From the NCBI GenBank assembly GCA_039815185.1, contig JBCBZT010000050.1, positions 1 to 54,441 on the forward strand: 54,441 nt of DNA, read 5' to 3'. The position numbers and the translations under genes were made by a program. Of the stretch, positions 46,801 to 54,441 are shown piece after piece; position 1 is the first letter of the stretch, and every line of letters begins with the position of its first letter. This DNA is from Cyanobacteria bacterium P01_A01_bin.123. GTDB taxonomy: Bacteria > Cyanobacteriota > Cyanobacteriia > Phormidesmidales > Phormidesmidaceae. The notes under the pieces are model-generated. The model was not told the DNA's origin, searched no databases, and worked only from the letters and a program-made list of their open reading frames with translations.

Positions 46801-47713
46801 TGTCTATCCTAAGGAATCAAGGCAACCTGAGCAGATCGAGCCTCGTCGGTTAGAGATGCCGACGCCTAGCGAACGTCGATGGCCTGCGGTTCAGCACTAT
46901 CTCGTCGAAACCCGAGGACTGCCCAAAAACCTGGTGACTTACCTGCATGACCGGGGCATGATCTACGCTGACCCCTATCAAAATGCGGTTTTTGTGCGCT
47001 ATGGTATTTCACCGGATCAGCCTTGGAAGCGGCATGAACCGACAGGAGCGAGTCTGCGAGGCACTTGGGGCGTAGGAAATTCGTTTCGTGGCATGGCTCC
47101 TGGCACATCACGGGAGAATGGTTGGTTTTGGATTGCTCTGGGCCGAGGAGCGGTGCAGCGGGTATTTCTAACGGAGTCACCGATTGATGCGCTGTCGTTG
47201 GCAGTTTTGGATCGCAAGCGTCAAGGGTCGGAGCAGGGTACGGTTTATCTCTCGACGGATGGGGTAGGCAGTGTACCCATTGCTGCCTTGCAATCTGTTC
47301 TGAACCAAGGGGGACAAGTGATTGCAGCCTTTGATGCCGATTTAGCCGGGGAAAAGATGGCTTGGCGAATTGCCGAGCAACTGCCTGGGATTCGGCGGGT
47401 CACCCCTGCGGTAGGGAAAGATTGGAATGAGCGATTGTTGGCAGAAAGTAAGCAAATCAAATCGCCTAACCCGCAAAAGCAAAAGCTGAAGGCGCTGTGG
47501 CGTTGGTATCGTGGGGCTGTAGCCTTAGGCAAATCGCCTCAGTATCTGTGTCGCATTACAGAGGTTGCTAGGGAATTCCTTCAAGGAGAACCACTGTCGG
47601 CAAGGGCAAAGGCTGCAATGCATCATGATTTATCGCAGTTGAAGTATCAGCAGCAGGTTAGCAATGCAGGCAGAATTCAGACCAAGGTTTCAGAGCGTGG
47701 TCAGTCTGTTTGA
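40841..47713 (+). CDS. Giant DarB-like protein: DNA methyltransferase + strawberry-notch SF2 helicase + DUF3991/Toprim primase
   Basis: QQAYSTP, YEPSAGHG and NPPF (MTase); DQTGNGKGR, FDESH, SATA, GINLHA and QMLGRVNRFGQ (helicase); GGAIDLVMH, TESPIDALS, AFDADLAG and KDWNE (Toprim). Confidence 0.88.
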   Translation: MSHPALVEYFVGCFLNGEQFPSIVQARSQAARILGKSVKPGSAEAKQVDEAVEAAVVRAARVLVTSAPTREDAHDQLVDLLDRQPGLNVRSSTSVLQQAYSTPVPIAFLASVLAGIGAQKSVYEPSAGHGALLIAANPARVTANEINPDRAADLRAQGYAVTQLDATDYCPDHKHDVVIANPPFGRIRAPDGKLQRFEMPGNRRGTAQIDQAIALQALNAMKDDGRAVLILGSQLGDEDALRSDRYNQLTSRGFFKVLYERYAVVEHFSISGDLYRKQGAGFPIDMIVINGRGTSQRPLPAAEVPPLYTSFADLKERLPYELNPTQSTDLPGIQQLSLSLETPTDRRSNPVFRASPPRSPADELAALPHPDAAQSSVDDLQRSRTPDSDSTAVRDHPRHTQHQPGTAQPIRNQQQSGTSSPQSLGHDLGRSADQPQRHLENEVRDRKRSHNLSLFSQSSPRSPDSAAVAGRSRRDGVGELAGRSDPRHGRVNEEASAMQTPVQPLHVPYLPRSQGRSPKTLIPTNMAVAAQSALTQLERQRGDIDEFVCQRLGFDTKAQLWKVLYAEQVDALALAFHQRDQGKIFLNGDQTGNGKGRFGAATILDAQRQGYIPVFITQKPNLYNSMINDLADIGRRGFRPFVTNNNLTLKLDSGRKLKTLSALDQEAEMLRIMQQGLGSYDAIFTTYNQLQTLKGKEPFRRQFLSEIAPQAVFIFDESHEAGGSTGESAWKRAGAAPDRAEFVRHLVDTAAGAVFMSATATKDPAVMDLYARRTDARHAVAMATLKRVLQSGGIPLQQMMATKFVASGQLLRRERSFENITFQAQVVPVDRTVADGISAIMRAINAFDQAKEKAVSELSKDLKKEAKRFSQDHAIGQAGAKSTNFTSLMHNAIDQGLLAQKAEATVQAAIASLQNGEKPLIAVASTMDAFINWYTEENCIEPGDALQITFGDVLARYLERSRDVLISNYEGVINRQRLTDAEIGPDGVAAYQAAQDLIANTDLSAIPLSAIDYLKWRLQQLGYSVDEITGRQNIVAYIATGETTYGRRSSRDTNPQSKVNIVNRFNSGQLDVVILNRSGATGINLHASEQFSDQRPRHMIVAQAERDINQVMQMLGRVNRFGQVVEPKFTLLMSDLPAEKRLGALLSKKMASLNANTTAARDSDLSVSSVGDFMNSVGEEVITEILEADPELEARLSYPSRNLQGSTETELISRVTGRIPLLSIVEQEDLYGLIESETQTLIAQREALGESPLRAQQLDLDARTIARMQVIPDDSEIDSEFTGPVFLEVVDAKVPIKPPTQLQVVNTIRGQLELSKVRQLDAHDFDQVRELAINQHQQLATNLTSQTDTYRQQMVSQKRDAEAVIRLRDRLDRQLTHIVTTLNQFPVGTTVQAITPEQNIAYGVVTRIVQKGARGSPAAPTNWRIHILTDQGQPLQIPLSRFNTDRSSALSVRPETQNWRGESIYDAFDLHQAEQRTTRQIFTGNILKAYEKYPQGKFLNYTDHQGNVRQGLIMPASFDIQDELRQEPVAFREPDQAIAFLTNISKYQGTVKDLEQVLTIRSQKAVRFGQGEATGFVLQTPKATSVGGKYFLNEDLLAAIGSDFYSVGDRMEAIVPAEQLKQVLQVLMVEQHITLAAFDFKEHAREYLGEELPELELIESGEFEQKGNYVPFVPEPTEMDRMRLEGLLENDAEPFAAETVTTNAEPTNAESTRVLPAKQQTGGPEKTIAKLLEQAGLAEAVKQGEAFHHRIENEPFIPLVIERHSDRLYLTHYLTENGDMFIDTEMVFALSEEGRLSLTETAVQSMGGEFRGCDRSFAHLFARNLSHQGFAEAALAQSTQTAETSTSSTAEADLATRTEPPDPKDTDRNGSDDVLEAQIRHDLKQSEPALPTPSPVQINLKDLANQVREADLEAVAAELGLKQDRYDKHKWKDDSHAHIISINGGKFMDWIADYGSGGAIDLVMHVQQVEFKAAVEWLSGQSLTPQSVYPKESRQPEQIEPRRLEMPTPSERRWPAVQHYLVETRGLPKNLVTYLHDRGMIYADPYQNAVFVRYGISPDQPWKRHEPTGASLRGTWGVGNSFRGMAPGTSRENGWFWIALGRGAVQRVFLTESPIDALSLAVLDRKRQGSEQGTVYLSTDGVGSVPIAALQSVLNQGGQVIAAFDADLAGEKMAWRIAEQLPGIRRVTPAVGKDWNERLLAESKQIKSPNPQKQKLKALWRWYRGAVALGKSPQYLCRITEVAREFLQGEPLSARAKAAMHHDLSQLKYQQQVSNAGRIQTKVSERGQSV
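41799..42314 (+). CDS. Putative nested 171-aa gene in the +1 frame of the giant gene's linker
   Basis: AAGGAG 10 nt before ATG 41799; globular-looking sequence where the main frame is low-complexity; stop is followed by GAGGAGG and an in-frame ATG at 42332. Confidence 0.55.
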   Translation: MNSTQLNPPTYPEYSSYPLVWKPQPTGDQTLFFVRVPLVLPQMSWRHYLTLMQLRVQWMICNAAEPQIQIQQQLETTLATLNISQEPPSPYETSNSRELAPPSLWAMTWAEALISLNDTWKTKFEIENEAITFPCLVSHPRDRRIQQQWREDHDEMGLESWLADLTHGMDV

Positions 47714-47812
47714 GGGCTTTACTGGCCTGAGTCATCCTGTTTTTCTTGGTTAAGTTGGCCAAGACGCTCTTTGACAAGCACTCGAATTTTGGCGGTAAGG
47801 GGGAGTTTGCTG

Positions 47813-48106
47813 TTAGTAAACTGCATGTAGTTCTTGATCGACGTTCCACGCTTCTGGGCGGTTGCAGGCTTCGATGCGTTCAACACAGTGGTTGCAGAGT
47901 CCCGCAATGAGCAGGTTATCTTCATCGGCCAGGATTTGTTCTAGCTTCCAGCGGAGCTGTTCTCGATCGCGCCGATTTAACCTGACTCGAAAGATTGAGT
48001 ATTGGATCGACTCGCCATAGCCTTTCAACAGTTTATGGGCTTTGCGCCAGCGCTTGGGATCGCGAATGTCATAGCAGATGAGGTAGTAGTGTTTGCTCTC
48101 AGCCAT
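47813..48106 (-). CDS. cas2: CRISPR-associated endoribonuclease Cas2
   Basis: YLICYDIRDPKRWRK...GESIQYSIF; start moved to ATG 48106. Confidence 0.93.
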   Translation of the reverse strand: MAESKHYYLICYDIRDPKRWRKAHKLLKGYGESIQYSIFRVRLNRRDREQLRWKLEQILADEDNLLIAGLCNHCVERIEACNRPEAWNVDQELHAVY

Positions 48107-48116
48107 AAAATTTGCC

Positions 48117-49778
48117 TCAGCGAATGACCAATTGCGCGAACAAACCGCCTTCACCCATCCATTCTTTTTCAAGTAATCGCACTTCTAGTTCAATGAGGCG
48201 GCGGTAGGTCATTGAATACTGAATAACTGGGTGCTTCCATTTTTCTTCTTTGCGCCGTTCATAGAGACCGATAAATTTGCGCCGCCCTTCTTGGCTGAGC
48301 CAAACCTGTTCACCCGTAATCTCAAAATCAATCTCTGGATCCCACTGATTGCGGTTGATCGAGGCGATCACGGGCATGTCTACCAGGGGCACTCGAAAGA
48401 TTTCCATCAGGTCGAGGGCTAACGGGGGAGCTTGCCTGTGGGGCTGGTGATAGAAGCCCAGGCTGGGTTCTAGACCAACGGTCAGAATGGCGTTCATGAC
48501 GTCTTTGAGGAGTAGCGCATAGCCAAAGCCCAACATGGCATTGAAGCGATCCTTAGGGGGACGGCGATTACGTCCAGTGAATTGGAATTCGGGTGCTGCG
48601 GTTGTCAAAAGCAAGTTGGGCAAGGCTTTGAAATAAAGCGCGGCTAAATTTCCCTCTAAGCCCAGCAGAGAGCCGATCGCATCTGACTGTGGCACTTGCT
48701 TTAGCGTGCGCTGCATTTGTTCGATGGTCTGCTCTAGGGTTGTTTCGGCGTTTTTAGCATTGCGCAGGGCACGCATTAGAAATTTGCGCTGGCTCTGGCC
48801 TCGACAGGTGACCAGTTGACGCGCCAATGCTAGACATTGGTTGGGATCGGTTAGGGCTTGATATTGGCGAATGCGACGCTGGATGTTGCCTTGGCGGGTG
48901 TCGAAGCTGCTGAGGTAACGACCATGGCCTGAGATAAAGTGCAGTCCGATCTCGCGTTCGGCACAGAAGTACATTGCTTGGGTTGAGATCTGTACGTAGC
49001 TGTGGAGCACCAGTTGCCCAACTTGACGGGAGGGCAATGAGTTAGTTGTCCCGTCTCGTTTCTTAATTTTGAATTGTTCGCCAGTTTTACCGATTGAGGT
49101 GCCGGATTCTGTGACGTGGATGATTTTGCGTTCGTCGTCTTCGGGGAATAATCTCAGGGGTTGCTCGGTAGTGCCTTGGGCTAGGCGGGTTTCTTCAGGT
49201 AGGCAGATGGTAGCTAGGGAGCAACGGGTGCAGAGTTGCTGGTTTGAGGTGATGGGAGGGCGTTCTAGGGATGCTTGAAGTTGTTTGGCTTGTTCGATGG
49301 CGGCTAGAACGTCTTGGCGACCTTTCTCATCGAAGGGGATGTGGACTAACGCATTATCGGTGTGGTAGCGAATTCGGCCTTCTTGTACGGTGATGTCTAA
49401 TTCTGCTTCGATCAGATAGGCGTAGGCGAGGATTTGAATGCGATCGCTTTCCCAAGCTTGGGGCTGATTATTTTCATCTCTATAACTGCGACCTTTTTTG
49501 TGCTCGTAAGGGATAGTTTGACCTGCTCTAGTTTTGAGGGCGTCAACTTTACCTCGTAAGCCTAGCTGAGCATTTTCTAAGACTAATTGTTGCCAATCTT
49601 CACCGCCTTCGCGTTCTAGTTCTGCATGGAGTCTCAAGCCTGAATAGATTTCTGCGTTGGCCTCGTGTATACCTTCGACGTATTGCAAATAATACTGACG
49701 CGGACAGTAAGCTAATGCATTTAGAGCACTGACATAAATAGTGTCTTGCTCTTGATTAGCAGGTGACATGGTGCCCAT
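48117..49778 (-). CDS. cas1: Cas4-Cas1 fusion (MYXAN-like)
   Basis: Cas4 part: YCPRQ, RGKVD, EHKKG, QILAY, CTRCSLATIC. Cas1 part: LGLEG, RNRRPPKDRFNAMLGFGY, GFYH, ALDLMEIFR. Confidence 0.93.
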   Translation of the reverse strand: MGTMSPANQEQDTIYVSALNALAYCPRQYYLQYVEGIHEANAEIYSGLRLHAELEREGGEDWQQLVLENAQLGLRGKVDALKTRAGQTIPYEHKKGRSYRDENNQPQAWESDRIQILAYAYLIEAELDITVQEGRIRYHTDNALVHIPFDEKGRQDVLAAIEQAKQLQASLERPPITSNQQLCTRCSLATICLPEETRLAQGTTEQPLRLFPEDDERKIIHVTESGTSIGKTGEQFKIKKRDGTTNSLPSRQVGQLVLHSYVQISTQAMYFCAEREIGLHFISGHGRYLSSFDTRQGNIQRRIRQYQALTDPNQCLALARQLVTCRGQSQRKFLMRALRNAKNAETTLEQTIEQMQRTLKQVPQSDAIGSLLGLEGNLAALYFKALPNLLLTTAAPEFQFTGRNRRPPKDRFNAMLGFGYALLLKDVMNAILTVGLEPSLGFYHQPHRQAPPLALDLMEIFRVPLVDMPVIASINRNQWDPEIDFEITGEQVWLSQEGRRKFIGLYERRKEEKWKHPVIQYSMTYRRLIELEVRLLEKEWMGEGGLFAQLVIR

Positions 49779-50021
49779 GATGATTTTCAGGATGTTGATG
49801 TGTGGGACAAATTAGTTCACATTAACTATGGCGATTCCCTGAGATTTATCTACATTACTATTGCTCCCGAATGCGCAAAATAATTTGTCTGGGAGATCAC
49901 GGGATTTCATACGTCAATACATCTGTATTTCCTGGGGATCATGGAGATTCAAGTGAACTATTCTAGTGAAATCAGCGCTAATATTTTCTCCTTTTAGGTA
50001 GATAATCATCTAGACAAAAAC

Positions 50022-50061
50022 GAAACCCGAATTTGAATGTATGCATTCAAATTCGGGTTTC
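50022..50061 (-). terminator. Perfect 18-bp-arm hairpin at the array end; likely terminator of minus-strand pre-crRNA
   Basis: GAAACCCGAATTTGAATG-TATG-CATTCAAATTCGGGTTTC, followed on the minus strand by GTTTTTG. Confidence 0.6.
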
Positions 50062-53000
50062 CATTAATTCAACTTCCGAAGAAGTTTGTTGGTCAATTGA
50101 TGGTGTTCCCCTTACGTTCACCAGTGAGTATTTCAGTTTCCATTAATTCAACTTCCGAAGAAGTTTGTTGGGATGGCACGCCTTCAAACAAAGGCCCGCT
50201 GACAACAAGTTTCCATTAATTCAACTTCCGAAGAAGTTTGTTGGCTTTAGATGAGGTTGCAGAATTGCTGGCCCCGTTTGTTTCCATTAATTCAACTTCC
50301 GAAGAAGTTTGTTGGCAAGAGCTCAACTGGATTTTAAGAGGTTCCTCGAACATTAACTGTTTCCATTAATTCAACTTCCGAAGAAGTTTGTTGGTTAAGA
50401 GGTTCCTCGAACATTAACCAATTAGGCTCGTTTCCATTAATTCAACTTCCGAAGAAGTTTGTTGGTGGGACGATAGTATTCTGGCAGGCGGTTGGACTGC
50501 GTTTCCATTAATTCAACTTCCGAAGAAGTTTGTTGGAGAAACGGTATCGGCGGTTCTTGGCGTTATGGAAAGTTTCCATTAATTCAACTTCCGAAGAAGT
50601 TTGTTGGCCTTGATTTATCTCAACCCTCTAACTCTCACAAGTCTTGTTTCCATTAATTCAACTTCCGAAGAAGTTTGTTGGGGTCCAGCCAAACTCCATG
50701 GGCAGAAACCGCATTCGCGTTTCCATTAATTCAACTTCCGAAGAAGTTTGTTGGTGGGTACTGCTAGCCGTAATATCAACTTTGACTTGAGTGGGAAGTT
50801 TCCATTAATTCAACTTCCGAAGAAGTTTGTTGGAAACGTTCTAATTGCTTTAGACGTTTGGCAGACAGAAGAAGATGTTTCCATTAATTCAACTTCCGAA
50901 GAAGTTTGTTGGCCTATAGCGTTTAGGGGAGATAGATAACACATAGGTGAGTTTCCATTAATTCAACTTCCGAAGAAGTTTGTTGGAGCACCATTTTTAT
51001 AAGTCCCTCCTCGTCTTAAAATGTTTCCATTAATTCAACTTCCGAAGAAGTTTGTTGGTCGTTATCCAAATTTTTTATTTGCGTTGCTACGGTGTTTCCA
51101 TTAATTCAACTTCCGAAGAAGTTTGTTGGATTAAAGTGAGCTTTCCCCAATGAAAAGCTTCGTGAGTTTCCATTAATTCAACTTCCGAAGAAGTTTGTTG
51201 GTACGGCAAAACCGATTCGCCAGACCAATTAAATTGGACTGTGGTTTCCATTAATTCAACTTCCGAAGAAGTTTGTTGGTGTTGATCATATTTATTCTTA
51301 CGCATATTAACCATGTTTCCATTAATTCAACTTCCGAAGAAGTTTGTTGGGTGATATGACTCAGGCTATTAACGCTGCCCCCAAGTTTCCATTAATTCAA
51401 CTTCCGAAGAAGTTTGTTGGCGCGGAGTAGGGAAAAAGGCGTTAGGATTGCGCTTGTTTCCATTAATTCAACTTCCGAAGAAGTTTGTTGGCTCCGGGCA
51501 CTTCGACTGAGGTTCATATAGTTATCAAGTTTCCATTAATTCAACTTCCGAAGAAGTTTGTTGGAGCTTTAGTTTTCTTTTTATCTTCAATTCTTATAGT
51601 TTCCATTAATTCAACTTCCGAAGAAGTTTGTTGGGAACCTGTTTGTCGATGACGCCCGCAAGGCAATCACGTTTCCATTAATTCAACTTCCGAAGAAGTT
51701 TGTTGGTTGGTTGGTTCCCGAGAAGTCAACAGCATTGCCTCTTAGGTGCTCAGTTTCCATTAATTCAACTTCCGAAGAAGTTTGTTGGAATTATTGTCTG
51801 CTAAAATCTGTCCTACTAATGAATCAGTCTGTTTCCATTAATTCAACTTCCGAAGAAGTTTGTTGGGATTCCTAAACTTGTCCTCATGACAAATCCAGGC
51901 TGATCCAAGTTTCCATTAATTCAACTTCCGAAGAAGTTTGTTGGTAGACCACTTGCTAGATGTAAGCAAATACTTAGAGTTTCCATTAATTCAACTTCCG
52001 AAGAAGTTTGTTGGACTTAATCAAGCTGGTCAAGTAAATCAATCTTCAAGGTTTCCATTAATTCAACTTCCGAAGAAGTTTGTTGGGTTAATTTATTGCA
52101 AACCTATGAAAAACTATTAGGGGTTTCCATTAATTCAACTTCCGAAGAAGTTTGTTGGCATATACAAAGTAAAGATCAGACGAATAAAGAATCTAGTTTC
52201 CATTAATTCAACTTCCGAAGAAGTTTGTTGGTAAGAAAAACTCGACAATAGCGGCCACGGTGCCCTGCTGGTTTCCATTAATTCAACTTCCGAAGAAGTT
52301 TGTTGGCAATTTTCTACTAGCAGGAATTAATTTATGTTTGATATGTTTCCATTAATTCAACTTCCGAAGAAGTTTGTTGGCATCCCATTCAACAATCCAT
52401 ATAGGATCACTTTGGGTTTCCATTAATTCAACTTCCGAAGAAGTTTGTTGGTTAAGTCCAATGCTCGTAAAGCAGTGTTCTCTATTTACGAGTTTCCATT
52501 AATTCAACTTCCGAAGAAGTTTGTTGGATTGGTGTTGAGGGAAATGCTGAGGACTTGGTGATGTTTCCATTAATTCAACTTCCGAAGAAGTTTGTTGGTA
52601 ACAGCAAAAGGTGCGTTCGGAGCTTCGTTAGCCCAGTTTCCATTAATTCAACTTCCGAAGAAGTTTGTTGGCCTGAACCTACTATCAAAGTCTCGGTGCC
52701 GAGCAAAGTTAAGTTTCCATTAATTCAACTTCCGAAGAAGTTTGTTGGTCGCCCAGCTATAAAGGTCAAATACAAATAATAAGTTTCCATTAATTCAACT
52801 TCCGAAGAAGTTTGTTGGGACGGAGACTAGTCGAAGAACTGCACCAGCCGCTTGTTTCCATTAATTCAACTTCCGAAGAAGTTTGTTGGATAAACTTTTA
52901 AGAGAATCAGAGGTCACAAAATGAGTTTCCATTAATTCAACTTCCGAAGAAGTTTGTTGGGACGCCGAGTCTGCCCAGGCCGGGAATCAGCTTCTTGTTG

Positions 53001-54440
53001 GGTTTCCATTAATTCAACTTCTGAAGAAGTTTGTTGGAGAGGCGGCGGCATGCATTAAACCGATCGCACGTCGGTTTCCATTAATTCAACTTCCGAAGAA
53101 GTTTGTTGGTTACCTGAGTTCAGCGTTGATTTTGGCGCTGCATCGGCGTTTCCATTAATTCAACTTCCGAAGAAGTTTGTTGGGACTCCAAGATTCCTCA
53201 AAGGTAGACCCACGTCCGAGGGGAGAGTGTTTCCATTAATTCAACTTCCGAAGAAGTTTGTTGGTTTGAGAGCATAGAGCGGAATAAAGACGCACATCCA
53301 GATGTTTCCATTAATTCAACTTCCGAAGAAGTTTGTTGGTTTCGTAAACAAATTGCAGCCTGTGCTATCGCCGAGTTTCCATTAATTCAACTTCCGAAGA
53401 AGTTTGTTGGCCTCAACCCACAAACGCGCCAGCGAGACTGGCCCAGTTTCCATTAATTCAACTTCCGAAGAAGTTTGTTGGCCTACTGCCCATTATAGAT
53501 ATCACTCCAGACCTTCGTTTCCATTAATTCAACTTCCGAAGAAGTTTGTTGGGTTTTAACACTACATGACCTCCCCGAACTAACCGAGTTTCCATTAATT
53601 CAACTTCCGAAGAAGTTTGTTGGCCCACATTGGGGGTTTCTGGCAACCGCTGACCATTAGTTTCCATTAATTCAACTTCCGAAGAAGTTTGTTGGGGGCC
53701 ACACCACAGTCTGATCGGCAATCGTCAAGCCCATGAGTTTCCATTAATTCAACTTCCGAAGAAGTTTGTTGGTAGATATGGACTTGATAGAAAGAATGAA
53801 TTCTTACAGTTTCCATTAATTCAACTTCCGAAGAAGTTTGTTGGCGGTACTAACCGTGCACTGTCTACCAGCTTGCTACGGTCTTTTGAGTTTCCATTAA
53901 TTCAACTTCCGAAGAAGTTTGTTGGGCCCTCTAATAAACCAACTATATTTAGCATTGACCAGTTTCCATTAATTCAACTTCCGAAGAAGTTTGTTGGGTA
54001 TTTTTGTCCTTTTCAGGCTTAAACAATCCTGGTGTGGTTTCCATTAATTCAACTTCCGAAGAAGTTTGTTGGTTGCAAGTGCAACGGCTGAAAAGACCAA
54101 AACTCGTTTAGAGTTTCCATTAATTCAACTTCCGAAGAAGTTTGTTGGCAGCAGATGCCACGGAGGATGATCGTACGGTCTCTGTTTCCATTAATTCAAC
54201 TTCCGAAGAAGTTTGTTGGATGCATTTGCCGTAGCAACAAAGTTCAGCAAAACGGCAGTTTCCATTAATTCAACTTCCGAAGAAGTTTGTTGGAACTGGA
54301 AAAAATATAGCGTTGGGGCTAGCGGTTCTACGTTTCCATTAATTCAACTTCCGAAGTAGTTTGTTGGTTGATGGAGAGTTCAAGGTTTTAGACGTGTTGC
54401 CCTAGTTTCCATTAATTCAACTTCCGAAGAAGTTTGTTGG
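50057..54440 (-). CRISPR. CRISPR array, 60 repeats / 59 spacers in window, continuing past the end; 36-nt repeat GTTTCCATTAATTCAACTTCCGAAGAAGTTTGTTGG (+ strand)
   Basis: Counted by eye; single-base variant repeats start at 53002 and 54332. Minus-strand orientation is inferred from the 3' ATGGAAAC end and the AACTTC-TTCG-GAAGTT hairpin. Confidence 0.97.
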
Positions 54441-54441
54441 G

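Noticed and set aside
50037..53721. ORFs within the CRISPR array (FPLIQLPKKFVG / QQTSSEVELMET)
   Set aside because: Translations of the repeat, not genes.
50093..54404. Self-targeting spacers against genes in this window
   Set aside because: None noticed by eye; an alignment is needed, so no claim is made.
1..54441. Frequent GCGATCGC octamers as a special repeat
   Set aside because: Ordinary cyanobacterial HIP1; used only as a host and foreign-DNA marker.

Overview
Cyanobacterial DNA (many HIP1 GCGATCGC octamers), most likely from a large conjugative plasmid or ICE. 1-23.5 kb is an accessory/conflict region. It holds two paralogous membrane NACHT genes, an IS630 disabled by a 50-bp hairpin insert, and an AT-rich ferredoxin + CHAT protease + small helical protein operon. 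That operon lies between an attI-like site and an attC site that an ORF-less group IIC intron has invaded. The region also has a solitary CRISPR repeat with a leader-like sequence, tandem NACHT- and caspase-STAND pentapeptide genes, an AraC/DUF4345 module and a DUF4157 toxin-like gene. 23.6-47.7 kb is a cyanobacterial-type T4SS (VirB2-10-like genes, VirD4) ending in a 2290-aa methylase/strawberry-notch helicase/primase gene, whose linker appears to hide a nested +1-frame gene and an internal restart. 47.8-54.4 kb has cas2, a cas4-cas1 fusion and a 60-repeat CRISPR array running off the window. I saw no relaxase, rep, integron integrase or Cas effector gene. All family calls come from motif recognition by eye; no database searches were run.
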